From IMG/VR virus record IMGVR_UViG_3300025016_000004: a stretch of 64,000 nucleotides of DNA; one strand, written 5' to 3'. A program made the position numbers and the translations under genes. The notes under the pieces are model-generated. The model searched no databases, had not been told where the DNA came from, and saw only the letters and a program-made list of their open reading frames with translations. The stretch comes from a virus (taxonomy: Duplodnaviria > Caudoviricetes). Below, piece after piece: positions 51,401 to 60,272 of the stretch (the stretch's first letter is position 1; each line of letters starts with the position of its first letter).

Positions 51401-52956
51401 ATCTCAATATTAGGATATAGAGCAGCAAAATCCAGTTTTGCGACGTCTTCAGCATATCCAACCTCTAGTAATCTAGATAATCCACCAGTAAATGTTTTTC
51501 TAGGTTTTAAATCAGGGATAGCCAATCTATTTTCATAAGACCATGCTAACATAATCAATTTCCAAATACCAGCTGTTCCCATTGTTGTTGAACGCATATA
51601 AGATGTAGGAATAATTTTAGATAATAAGAATGAAGCTTGATTATAAACACCATCCACTTGTTCAGTTTCCCAAAGGTCATCAAGTAAGTATTGTCTAACT
51701 ATATCAGAACCCTTAGCCTCCTTATAACCTTCTTTTAATGGGTTTTCTTCATTTATCTTATAATAAGTGCCATCAGTATTATTATAGGCGTATACGCTAT
51801 CCTTATCGTTCCAAGTTTCATATATTTTATTACCTTCAACATAAACTCGATTCTCTTTATTTAAACCTGAAAATTTGGTAATATATTTTAACCCCGCTTT
51901 TTTAATATTCGAGTTGATTGCTTTTGCTCTACGAACTGCATGATAAACATCAACAATATTATAACCCCACATTGTGGTTTGTTTATAATATTCACGCTCA
52001 CCACCTAATTTAAGTGATTTATCAACCCTTCTAATTTTACTATTACCATGTCTATCTAAAGTCTTAGCGATTAATTCAATATCTAACCCTAAAATATCAC
52101 ATCTAGTAAAAATAAAATGCCAGTCAAAGTTTTCTGAGTTATAACCAGCTATAACATCAGGTTTTAGTGTATTAATTACATCAAAAAATTTAAGAATTGA
52201 ATAAGCTTCATAATCCCTTAATTCTTGTTTGGTACCTTCTTGTGGAACTTCTATAATTTCTTCGTAACCTCTATTATCTCTAATACCAACTTGAAATATT
52301 TTATCATCCTTATACCTAATAGGTTCATTGGTACTATCAAATTCATATAATTTGGTTAAATCTTCACCAGTACCCATCCTCTCTTTAATATCTTCAATAT
52401 CTTCCTGAGATAATAATCGACCTTTTGGGTTTAATCCTGTTGTTTCTAAGTCAAATTGAAGTCTATGGACATCGTTATAATCATCCATCCCTTTAAACAA
52501 TCGTCTACCAGTGGCAATTAAATATTGTTCAACTGGGTTTATTGTTATAAAATAACTTTTGTGTGAATCACCATAAACATCAATACCACCATCTTTAAAA
52601 AAATTTAATAATTTTGTATAAGGGCCTTTAACTTTGGCAATGTATTTAAAACCATTCTTCATTCGCCTAGCTTCTTCTTGGTCAGGCATGGAAGTTTTTA
52701 GTTTTTTAATAGAAACACCATATTTTTTTGCAGAGGCGGCAATTAAATTTCTTTTACCACCAAACATTATTTTAGTAACTTCCTCTTTAAACCATAAAAA
52801 TGAAATTAATGAGTCTTTTGATATAAATTTACCTCTTTCAGGGTCATTAATTATCAATGAAACATCTGGGCTACCATATGGAATTTCTACACCTACAATA
52901 TATTTCTTTTGGTTTCTACCCTCTAAGAACCTAGCAATAATTTCTTCGTCAACCAT
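48412..52956 (-). CDS. polB: Family B DNA polymerase with intein
   Basis: FDLETTG, YNSENFD, LDFAALYP, KILGNSFFG, VGD|TDG, KNYA. Confidence 0.95.
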   Translation of the reverse strand: MVDEEIIARFLEGRNQKKYIVGVEIPYGSPDVSLIINDPERGKFISKDSLISFLWFKEEVTKIMFGGKRNLIAASAKKYGVSIKKLKTSMPDQEEARRMKNGFKYIAKVKGPYTKLLNFFKDGGIDVYGDSHKSYFITINPVEQYLIATGRRLFKGMDDYNDVHRLQFDLETTGLNPKGRLLSQEDIEDIKERMGTGEDLTKLYEFDSTNEPIRYKDDKIFQVGIRDNRGYEEIIEVPQEGTKQELRDYEAYSILKFFDVINTLKPDVIAGYNSENFDWHFIFTRCDILGLDIELIAKTLDRHGNSKIRRVDKSLKLGGEREYYKQTTMWGYNIVDVYHAVRRAKAINSNIKKAGLKYITKFSGLNKENRVYVEGNKIYETWNDKDSVYAYNNTDGTYYKINEENPLKEGYKEAKGSDIVRQYLLDDLWETEQVDGVYNQASFLLSKIIPTSYMRSTTMGTAGIWKLIMLAWSYENRLAIPDLKPRKTFTGGLSRLLEVGYAEDVAKLDFAALYPNIEITHDVFPDTDITGVMKGMLIYIASTRDKFKNLMNHHKGELSKLKDFKKANGDKLPKEDFELLESQIEKESSLASMYDKKQLPIKILGNSFFGSLGAPNIFNWGDINCAEETTCRGRQYLRLMVKFFMDYDFRPLVGDSVTFNTPIYIKWKDNGAIDILPICDLYNPNSNSIDEEEIRDYETKPYEVLTVNGWKEINYVYKHETQKQIHRVSTKDRLVCVTEDHSLFQNGIQVKPSSLKRGDLIDVHQLPQHNTDTFPETRTDFYWLLGYFLGDGSAIYGSRKQYYKSRKTGETHINKGVRGEWKISSNNLENLEKLKSIIEENWAFWDVKPRIKDHRKSSGVYNLVVYKTDFSQRFCEDFYTSYREKKVPTFVLNTTLENKKAFMDGVCASDGYGNDMETVSDIGMKSQVAMSGIGYLLNCLGVQYKLKLRKDKENFISFKLRNSNRNNSEFTDKTIMQANEVWKNEEILNRDKENYVYDISTEDGTFIGGIGGVNLKNTDGFNFAIPKDVSKHTYIPKGTHRFTEKDKGKILVGLDAVVAKFNELFMIGRMGLDIDDICSSTINFSRKNYANFIGGKTKLVGNTIKSSKMPGYIEDFLDEGIKYLLNGDGESFIDLYNRTVDDIYNFRIPLVKIASKANVKDSISSYMTDMKTTTIAGNLKAKKAHMELLIANNIKANLGDTVYYVNTGTVKSHGDVKVVTNKETGERTINLQCKLIPTEQIENNPNLTTDEYNVPKYLDAFNKRIHPLLVCFKPEIREGILMDMVKNKKTKEMELTERKVFTKKECELHSGTAFKDGDQNTLAELMEMEDKEIQFWIRVNKIPNNLEELNMDWKQIQEDYHERERIRRIEGIKFEKSKTREIIKRLEYDEIQKMKKTTKLPKALENLAEFTVHDDENGKPNIYVKSKEWEIDLCCVTDILKYEPWAAQRQKFYQTLTLRKEKTFEFWLTHLWIEARKEGDDKKALKIKKELDLAGVELVLEDYKVALETEKEVN
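49906..50991 (-). mobile_element. Intein (362 aa) with LAGLIDADG endonuclease in polymerase motif C
   Basis: Starts SVTFNTP, VTEDHSL, VYDISTE, ends NLKN|T; LLGYFLGDG and FMDGVCASDG. Confidence 0.92.
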
Positions 52957-53129
52957 TTTTGTCTATAACTTTGTGCAATAAAACACAATTTTTAGCCAAA
53001 AAACAAGTTTTTTTTAAAGATTTTTATCATAATTTGTTACTTACCAGGTTTTTACGATATTCATTTGTATGATAAAAGTTTTAAAATGTAATACAAAAAT
53101 ATTCACGAATTTATGGAGATTTAAGAAGT

Positions 53130-53492
53130 TTAATTCTCAAGGATGTGAATATATAATTTATCTCTAATTGGGACTATTAGAGTACCAGAGCCATCTCTAA
53201 ATACTATTTTAAATTCGCCAATATAAGTACCAGCTTGTTTAGTTTCTTTTTCTGTAAAGTAGTATGCAAGGTAATATTCTTCACCTACACAGTCACTTGA
53301 GGATTCTTTTAGTAAGCATAAAGCGTCTTTACCACCAATTCTTTTAACCCCAGTATTTGTATCTGTCATACAAAATGTTATATCAGAATTTTGTATCATA
53401 TCATGGAATCTACTATAATCGTTTCGTCCATCGTTAATTAATTCCAATTTTAAAATCGGTAATGTTGCTTTTTTATTTATGTAAAAATCCAT
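53130..53492 (-). CDS. BppU-like small virion/baseplate protein
   Basis: FYINKKATLPILKLEL...Y....ETKQAGTYIGEFKI...TLIVP. Confidence 0.55.
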   Translation of the reverse strand: MDFYINKKATLPILKLELINDGRNDYSRFHDMIQNSDITFCMTDTNTGVKRIGGKDALCLLKESSSDCVGEEYYLAYYFTEKETKQAGTYIGEFKIVFRDGSGTLIVPIRDKLYIHILEN

Positions 53493-53517
53493 TTGTTCTT
53501 TTATTATAAATATATTG

Positions 53518-53772
53518 TTATGTATTTAAAGATTGAATTAATACAATTGCTTGGTCAATTGTTTGGAAACTCCTATTTGGAACCAATACATGTTTATCAA
53601 ATATGATGATAGGGATTACAGGTTCACCAACGAAATCAAATAATTTAATGACATGTTCTCTATTGGAATCATCATCAATATTTATATTGGTGAACTCAAG
53701 GTTTAATTTGCTTAACTTTTCTTGTAAATCCTTACAATAAGGGCAATTATTACTTGTATATACTTTTATCAT
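53518..53772 (-). CDS. Glutaredoxin-like protein
   Basis: VYTSNNCPYC. Confidence 0.9.
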   Translation of the reverse strand: MIKVYTSNNCPYCKDLQEKLSKLNLEFTNINIDDDSNREHVIKLFDFVGEPVIPIIIFDKHVLVPNRSFQTIDQAIVLIQSLNT

Positions 53773-56678
53773 AACTCTAATCCGTTTTCTTCTAAATCAT
53801 TTAATAATCTGGATAATCTATCACTAGTTTTATCACCTCTATTTAATATTTTATCAATATTTTTTTGTTTATTCATCACAGAATACCACATCACAAAAGA
53901 TACTGTACCTCTAAATAATTGGTAATAAACTGAAACGTTATTTTTCTGCCCGATTCTGTAACAATTATGAACATTATAATTACCAACTACAAATGAGTGG
54001 TCATCTTCTACTGATAAATCATAAACCCTTTCCTCACCTCTTTTAGGTTTTGAAATTTTAATTGATTTAATCGGGTAAGTAATATAATCACCTACTTGAT
54101 TAATTCTTTTATTTTCAACTCTATTTAATGAATACTCAATTGAGTAATTATTAACATTTTTATTAGATAAAGTAACACTCCTACCTAAATTAGCGTTATA
54201 TCTAACCAATTGTGATATTAATTTTAAAGAAGCGGTAGTAGCTTGTTGAGTATTTTTACGTTGGTAACCATCACCATGATAATACCCATCTAATAAATGT
54301 TTTAATTGTTCATTATTTAAATAATCAACCCAATATGGTAATTGTTTAGAATATACATTTTCACCGAACCACATTTTAAATAAATTTGCCATTTCACTAG
54401 AATGTATGGTACAAGTTTTTGTATTATTTTTATCAACATAAGATGAATGTTTATCAATTTTAAAACCCCTTTTTATTATATCAATAATATATTCTGAAGC
54501 GTCATACATTTTAGGGTTAGTTATTTTTTGACATACATTAATTGTATCTGATTTATTATCAGAAATACTACACCAACCATCAGCAATGTAAAACCCAAAA
54601 GCGTATAATAATTCATTAGTTAATAAAACACTTTTAGGTAAAGTAACTAACCTACCATTGGTTTGTAAAAGATTGTGATTATTTTTAAAGTACTTACTTT
54701 TAAAACTTGGTATTTTTAATTCTTCTAATCTACTTATTGGTTGATGTTCACTTCTAATCGTTAAAAAATGATTCAAAATATTTAAATCTTTTGCTTCAAT
54801 CCAAATAAAATCATCTAATATTTTATCATATACATATAATTTATGGTCATGTGTAACTGATAAACTGTTATTATATCCAAAAGCATTTATATCATATCTT
54901 AATTTTTTACGTTCTAATTTAGAAGTTTTATCAATTACATTTTTAAATTTACCTTTATGTGTATAAACTTTATCACCAATTTCAATTTCTTGAATCATTT
55001 TATAACCATCGTCAGTCATAACCCATTGGTCACCAAATATACATCTATCTTCCGCTTGTTCATTATCCCCTGGCACCCAACTGAATGAATTAAAGATAAC
55101 CACAGTACCTTCAGTTAACGTAATACCAACACCCGCAGAAGCTATATTTCCAATAAATACCTTACATTTCTTATTGGTTTGGAATTTATCCACTGATTTT
55201 TGTTTTTCAGTTGAATTCATTCTACCATTATGTATAACGCATTGATTTCCGAAATGTTCAGCTAATTCTTCCAATTCATCAGTAAAAGTAGTAAAAATAA
55301 CGATTTTTTGACCTTGTTCTATGGCATCTTCAGCTAATTCGATTGTTTTTGGTATCACTTCCATAGCAATAAACTTTCTTAAAAGACCTAATTCAACCAA
55401 ATCTTTATTTAAACTAACTCGCTTACCTTCAGCCGCCTTTTTCTCTAAATATTCTTCCCAAAGGTTTTCATATTCAGCCCAACCACGTTTTGACATATCA
55501 TGATACATTGTGGTAATGGTTTTATCTGGCATATCCAAAACATCAGTTTTTAATCTTCTTAAAAGGTTGTTTTTAGTTCTAATTCCTAATTCATCTAAAT
55601 TAGAAGCACCATCAGTTATCCAAATCTGTCTTTTAACTCCGTTTATTACTTTATAAAATCTTTTAGCATCACAATATCTTTGAGCAAAGAACTTCCAATT
55701 ATCAGCCAATGGTGATTTAACCAATTTTAATAAATTGAAGAAATCCATAGGTCTATTAGCAATTGGTGTACCTGTTAATAACCACACTTTACCGATTTGA
55801 CCTTTAGAAACAATATCATTGATTAATTTGGTTCTTTGAGCTTTGGGGTTTTTAACCTTATGAGCTTCATCTAAAATCATCAAATCATAATCTTCATCAA
55901 TTATATTGGTGTAACAAGGGTCACCTTCTTTTTTAGGTTTACCTATACTGTGAAAGTTTTTAAGTATTTCATAATTTATAATGGTAAACCTACCAACGTG
56001 AGACCACTTACTACCATTAATAATCGTAGCTTTTTGTTTAAAACTTTCTATTTCTCGTTGCCAAGTAATTTTCATACTCACTGGACAAATTATTAAAACT
56101 TTTTTAATATCCATTTCTAATGCAGCGATAATTGATTGATAAGTTTTTCCTAGGCCCATCGAATCAGCTAAGATTGCACCATCTCTACACGCTAAGAACT
56201 CAATACCACTTTTTTGATGCTCATATGGGTGACGGCCATCAGTGTCTAATTCTTCATATTTACCCCAATCAATTTCAATTTCACATTCAGTAAAATATGG
56301 GTCATCCAAAACCATTGTTTTTGGTAACCAATACATTTTGGATTGTTTTTGTTTTTGTGTTAGCTTACCATAAACGTGATATGTCTTTTCTTGGTCAGCC
56401 AACATTGCTTGAATTAGCATACGCTCAGGTACAAAAGATAAACTGTATTTATCTTTTAATGATTCACCTAGAAATGGGTTAATCCTAATCACACGATTTA
56501 GGACTTGTGGTTCCACATCATGAAATTTATTTATATATTCAACTTGACCTTCAGTTAAAGTTATTTTATCATTTTTTCTTAACTTACTTTGCAAGTCTTT
56601 TAAGTATGGGTTAATCCCTGTATATGTTTGTAATAAGGTTACTGCACCTCTACTCTTTATGTCTTCTAAATTTATCAA
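53769..56678 (-). CDS. SNF2-family helicase with intein
   Basis: LADSMGLGKT, ILDEAH, LTGTPIAN, GVGITLT, QAEDR|CYRIGQ. Confidence 0.93.
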   Translation of the reverse strand: MINLEDIKSRGAVTLLQTYTGINPYLKDLQSKLRKNDKITLTEGQVEYINKFHDVEPQVLNRVIRINPFLGESLKDKYSLSFVPERMLIQAMLADQEKTYHVYGKLTQKQKQSKMYWLPKTMVLDDPYFTECEIEIDWGKYEELDTDGRHPYEHQKSGIEFLACRDGAILADSMGLGKTYQSIIAALEMDIKKVLIICPVSMKITWQREIESFKQKATIINGSKWSHVGRFTIINYEILKNFHSIGKPKKEGDPCYTNIIDEDYDLMILDEAHKVKNPKAQRTKLINDIVSKGQIGKVWLLTGTPIANRPMDFFNLLKLVKSPLADNWKFFAQRYCDAKRFYKVINGVKRQIWITDGASNLDELGIRTKNNLLRRLKTDVLDMPDKTITTMYHDMSKRGWAEYENLWEEYLEKKAAEGKRVSLNKDLVELGLLRKFIAMEVIPKTIELAEDAIEQGQKIVIFTTFTDELEELAEHFGNQCVIHNGRMNSTEKQKSVDKFQTNKKCKVFIGNIASAGVGITLTEGTVVIFNSFSWVPGDNEQAEDRCIFGDQWVMTDDGYKMIQEIEIGDKVYTHKGKFKNVIDKTSKLERKKLRYDINAFGYNNSLSVTHDHKLYVYDKILDDFIWIEAKDLNILNHFLTIRSEHQPISRLEELKIPSFKSKYFKNNHNLLQTNGRLVTLPKSVLLTNELLYAFGFYIADGWCSISDNKSDTINVCQKITNPKMYDASEYIIDIIKRGFKIDKHSSYVDKNNTKTCTIHSSEMANLFKMWFGENVYSKQLPYWVDYLNNEQLKHLLDGYYHGDGYQRKNTQQATTASLKLISQLVRYNANLGRSVTLSNKNVNNYSIEYSLNRVENKRINQVGDYITYPIKSIKISKPKRGEERVYDLSVEDDHSFVVGNYNVHNCYRIGQKNNVSVYYQLFRGTVSFVMWYSVMNKQKNIDKILNRGDKTSDRLSRLLNDLEENGLEL
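53964..55043 (-). mobile_element. Intein (360 aa) with LAGLIDADG endonuclease in helicase motif VI
   Basis: Starts CIFGD, VTHDH, VYDLSVEDDHSF, ends VHN|C; FGFYIADG and LLDGYYHGDG. Confidence 0.92.
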
Positions 56679-56712
56679 ATTAATTATTTTTATAACAATA
56701 TATTATATTGTT

Positions 56713-56741
56713 AATATACTAAATTTTAATGAAAAAGTAAA
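56713..56741 (-). promoter_or_regulatory. sigma70-like promoter TTTACT-N17-TATATT for the helicase operon
   Basis: Same -35 hexamer and spacing as the 30096-30124 promoter. Confidence 0.6.
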
Positions 56742-56795
56742 TAGTTGGGACTATTTATATAATATGAAATATTTATCAATATATGATTAAGAGTT

Positions 56796-56843
56796 ATGGG
56801 TGCAAATAGAAATAAAATACCAATTAAAAGAATCAACAAATAA
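56796..56843 (+). pseudogene. Stranded original 5' end of the 57619 gene
   Basis: MGANRNKIPIKRINK*; the 24 nt at 56818-56841 are identical to 57632-57655. Confidence 0.85.
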
Positions 56844-56850
56844 GTTTTAT

Positions 56851-57064
56851 AAAACGGAGCGTAAAACCCATTCATCGCTTTAGCGTGAATGGGATGTAAG
56901 CAACAAAAAGATTTGACTTTTAAAAATAAAGTTGTATATTTTTATTAACTCTGGTTTTGGGATGCAATCGGAGTATAAACAAAAACAAGTGGAGGTGTTG
57001 ACGTTGGTCGAGTCTATGAAACTTGAAGCCCAACCCATCGGCTCGCCGTGGGTGGGTAGTTCAC
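56851..57064 (+). mobile_element. Non-autonomous IS200/IS605-family miniature element
   Basis: Follows TTTAT; left hairpin CCCATTCA..CGCT/AGCG..TGAATGGG; right end GAAGCCC-hairpin-GGGTAGTTCAC; internal TTGACT-16-TATATT. Confidence 0.8.
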
Positions 57065-57065
57065 T

Positions 57066-57641
57066 GAAAAACTTAAAAGTAGGAAAAAAGAAATTGGTTA
57101 TAATATATCAGTTGGTGGTCGAAATGGAGTAACTCTTAACAGAAAACATTCTAAAGAAACAATAAAGAAAATGAGTGAAACTAGAAAGGGGATTACATTT
57201 TCTAAGGAAACTTTAAAAAAAATGAGTGAAGCTAAAAAAGGTAAAAAACACTCTAAGGAAACTAGAGAAAAGATGAGTAGACTTAAAAAAGATAAAAAAG
57301 GTAAAAAACACTCTAAGGAAACTAGAGAAAAGATGAGTAGTCTTAGAAAAGGTAAAAAACATTCTAAGGAAACTTTAAAAAAAATGAGTGAAGTTAAAAA
57401 GGGTGATAATAACCATTTTTTTGGTTTATCTCACACAATGAAAATTAGAAATATCATTTCCAAAAAAAACTCTAAAAAAGTATTTGAATTTAAAGATGGT
57501 GATAAAATTAATGAATGGGATAGTTTAAGTAAATGTGCTTTAGATAATAATATTAATATTGGTTACTTATCAAAATGTATAACTAATAATAAAAAATGTA
57601 AAAAAAGATATTTTAAATATGAAAAAGTTGGTACCAATTAA
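57066..57641 (+). pseudogene. GIY-YIG homing endonuclease lacking its catalytic N-terminus
   Basis: In frame with ATG 57171 upstream: EKLKSRKKEIGYNISVGG (end of a GIY-YIG domain), then KKHSKETREKMS NUMOD3 repeats. Confidence 0.8.
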
Positions 57642-58131
57642 AAGAATCAACAAATTTTTTTCTAAAAGAGATTTTGATTTGGAAATTTCTTTAGGTCGTG
57701 AAGCGATAGAAGGTGATGGAAATTTTACTGTAATTTTATATAGAGTTGATAGGAAAACAACCCAGGTTGATGATTTATATGGTGAAGCAAGTGCTAGTGA
57801 AATCAATTTTCTACCTCCCGTTGAGATTTATATAGTTCCGATTATAGATAAAGCTGAAAATAAAACATATAATCCAGATTCCATGCGTTATCTTGAAGAT
57901 GGTAATTTAACTTTCATTGTTTATGTACAACATTTAAACGAATTGGCTGTTGATATAACTGTTGGTGATTATATAGCGTATCCAATTGATGAATCGGACG
58001 TTGTTTATTTTAATGTGACTAATGCTGGTGAAAAGAATTACGACAACGCTCACACAATAATGGGTTATAAAGGTGCTTATAGAATTATCAATTGTACTTT
58101 TGCCAATGAAGATGAATTCAAAGGAATATAA
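57619..58131 (+). CDS. Head completion/neck protein (T4 gp14-like)
   Basis: VILYRVD, DDLYGEA, F.PPVEI, GDYIAY; position among neck and tail genes. Confidence 0.6.
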   Translation: MKKLVPIKRINKFFSKRDFDLEISLGREAIEGDGNFTVILYRVDRKTTQVDDLYGEASASEINFLPPVEIYIVPIIDKAENKTYNPDSMRYLEDGNLTFIVYVQHLNELAVDITVGDYIAYPIDESDVVYFNVTNAGEKNYDNAHTIMGYKGAYRIINCTFANEDEFKGI

Positions 58132-58143
58132 AAAAAATAAATT

Positions 58144-58887
58144 ATGCCACTACCAAAAGGGTTTATTAAAAAAGTAAATTTTATACATCAAAATGTCGGA
58201 CCTGAAAAAAGACAAGACTACCTTGATGATATAGATTATAAAGGTACGTACCTGCCAAAGGGTGTGAGCTATGAAGATATCGATAAAACATTCATCGATT
58301 TTATTGATAAAGAATTATCCCTAGAAATTGATGGTGAATTAGTGCCAGTAAGATTCTTAACCATTCAAAGGTTTGCTGAATTCTCTAAAACATGGTCATT
58401 TTCAGATAAATTTAAAAACTTAAAAATGCCCTTCATTACCGTAGTTAGACAACCTGATATTCAGGTAGGTACTAACCAAGCGGGTATATGGAATATTCCA
58501 GGCCAACAAGTCTATACATACATGAAAGTACCTACTTTTATTGATGGTAGAAAGGGTATGGACACATATAAAATTCCTCAACCAACTTCGGTTGATATTA
58601 CTTATGATGTTAGATTTTTCTGTAATAGAATGAAAGATTTGAATAAATTACACACAATTGTTCAAACAACCTTTAACTCTAGACAGTTTTATATTAATGT
58701 AAATGCACACCCAATGCCAATTCATTTAGAGAAAATTGGTGATGAGAGTCAAAAAGATGATTTCGACAAAAGAAGATTCTATGTTCAACATTTTGAAATG
58801 AAAGTATTGGGATATATTTTAGATGAAGAAGATTTCGAACATATCCCAACTATTAACAGGGGTAATATTCGATTTACGGAAGAATAA
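58144..58887 (+). CDS. Tail terminator-like protein (gp15-like), short paralogue
   Basis: EDIDKTF, VPVRFLTIQRFAE, PFITVVR, P...DITY.V. Confidence 0.55.
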   Translation: MPLPKGFIKKVNFIHQNVGPEKRQDYLDDIDYKGTYLPKGVSYEDIDKTFIDFIDKELSLEIDGELVPVRFLTIQRFAEFSKTWSFSDKFKNLKMPFITVVRQPDIQVGTNQAGIWNIPGQQVYTYMKVPTFIDGRKGMDTYKIPQPTSVDITYDVRFFCNRMKDLNKLHTIVQTTFNSRQFYINVNAHPMPIHLEKIGDESQKDDFDKRRFYVQHFEMKVLGYILDEEDFEHIPTINRGNIRFTEE

Positions 58888-58911
58888 AGTGAAGCATTTA
58901 TATTTATTAGT

Positions 58912-59943
58912 ATGCCACAAGGATATAAAAAAAATATAAAATTTATAAATCAAAATATCGGACCTGAAAAAAGGCAAGATTATCTTGATAATATAGATTA
59001 TAAAGGAAGTTATTTACCTAAAAGTATCTATTACGAAGATATCGACCAAACATTTATTAATTTTGTTGATAAAATTTTAGAAATAGAAATTAATGGGGTA
59101 AAGGTCCCTGTTTATTTTTTAACCATCCAAAGATGGGCTGAATTCTATAAAACTTGGGATACAGCTGATAAATTCAAAAATATTAAAATTCCCTTCATTA
59201 CTATAGTTAGACAACCTGATATTCAAGTTGGAACAAATCAAAATGGATTATGGAATATTCCAGGCCATAAACTATACACTTATATGAAAGTACCTACCTA
59301 TATAGGTGGTAGAAAAGGTGCTGATATGTATAAAATCCCTCAACCAACTTCAGTTGATATAACTTATGAAGTTAGGTTTTTCTGTAATAGGATGAGAGAT
59401 TTAAATATGTTTAATAGAAAAACTCAATTTACTTTTCAATCAAGACAATACTACATCAACGTAAGTGGTCATCCAATGCCAATACATTTAGAGAATATTG
59501 GTGATGAAAGTCAGGTTACTGATTTTGATAGACGTAGATTTTATGTTCAAAATTTTGAAATGAAAGTATTGGGTTATATTTTAGATGAAAATGATTATGA
59601 ATTTGTACCAACTATCAATAGAATGATAGTGTTTACAGAATTATACGATAAAAAACTTAAACCTAAAGTAGTTATTAGGTCATTTAAAGATATTGATGAG
59701 ATAATTTTAAACGTTGTTATTAAAGCGGACCATTATACTGAAGAATTTATAATAGTACCAGAATATGATGCTGAAATAAGGTCAATAACATACGTAACAA
59801 ACGTTACAAATGTCAATATAGCCATCAATGGAGTTCAACAAACACTTCCATTTAATATTTTAGCAAACCAAGAAATAACTTTAACTGTTGATAGAGATGT
59901 AACTAAAGAAGCTAGATTTGAAATTAAAGGATTAGTTAAATAA
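58912..59943 (+). CDS. Tail terminator-like protein (gp15-like), long paralogue
   Basis: Collinear with the preceding gene plus ~95-aa C-terminal extension. Confidence 0.55.
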   Translation: MPQGYKKNIKFINQNIGPEKRQDYLDNIDYKGSYLPKSIYYEDIDQTFINFVDKILEIEINGVKVPVYFLTIQRWAEFYKTWDTADKFKNIKIPFITIVRQPDIQVGTNQNGLWNIPGHKLYTYMKVPTYIGGRKGADMYKIPQPTSVDITYEVRFFCNRMRDLNMFNRKTQFTFQSRQYYINVSGHPMPIHLENIGDESQVTDFDRRRFYVQNFEMKVLGYILDENDYEFVPTINRMIVFTELYDKKLKPKVVIRSFKDIDEIILNVVIKADHYTEEFIIVPEYDAEIRSITYVTNVTNVNIAINGVQQTLPFNILANQEITLTVDRDVTKEARFEIKGLVK

Positions 59944-60232
59944 TGAGTAATATTAATAGAACATATGTATTTGAAACCGTATTAATTAGCGGTGGGACTA
60001 GTGGAACTACTCTTGAGTTCTTCACTGGTGCAACCTTTGATACAGGTACAGGTCATTTAGTGCTGATACAACAGTGATAGCCGCTGCGGTTTGGGATAAA
60101 TTAACTGCTGACCATCAAACTGCCGATACATTCGGTAAAATGTTATATGATATATTGGTTGCTACTGGACAGATTCAACATACAGGGAATGTCAATACTG
60201 AATTACTTAAAAATAAGCCAAATAATCCGTAA
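59943..60232 (+). pseudogene. Out-of-frame chimera of two virion gene fragments
   Basis: MSNINRTY...TGATFDTGTGHL (stop at 60077) joined to another frame SADTTVIAAAVWDKLTADHQTADTFGKML...NNP*. Confidence 0.65.
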
Positions 60233-60272
60233 TTTAATTTTACGAATTTTTTTCCATATTTATATATAGAGG

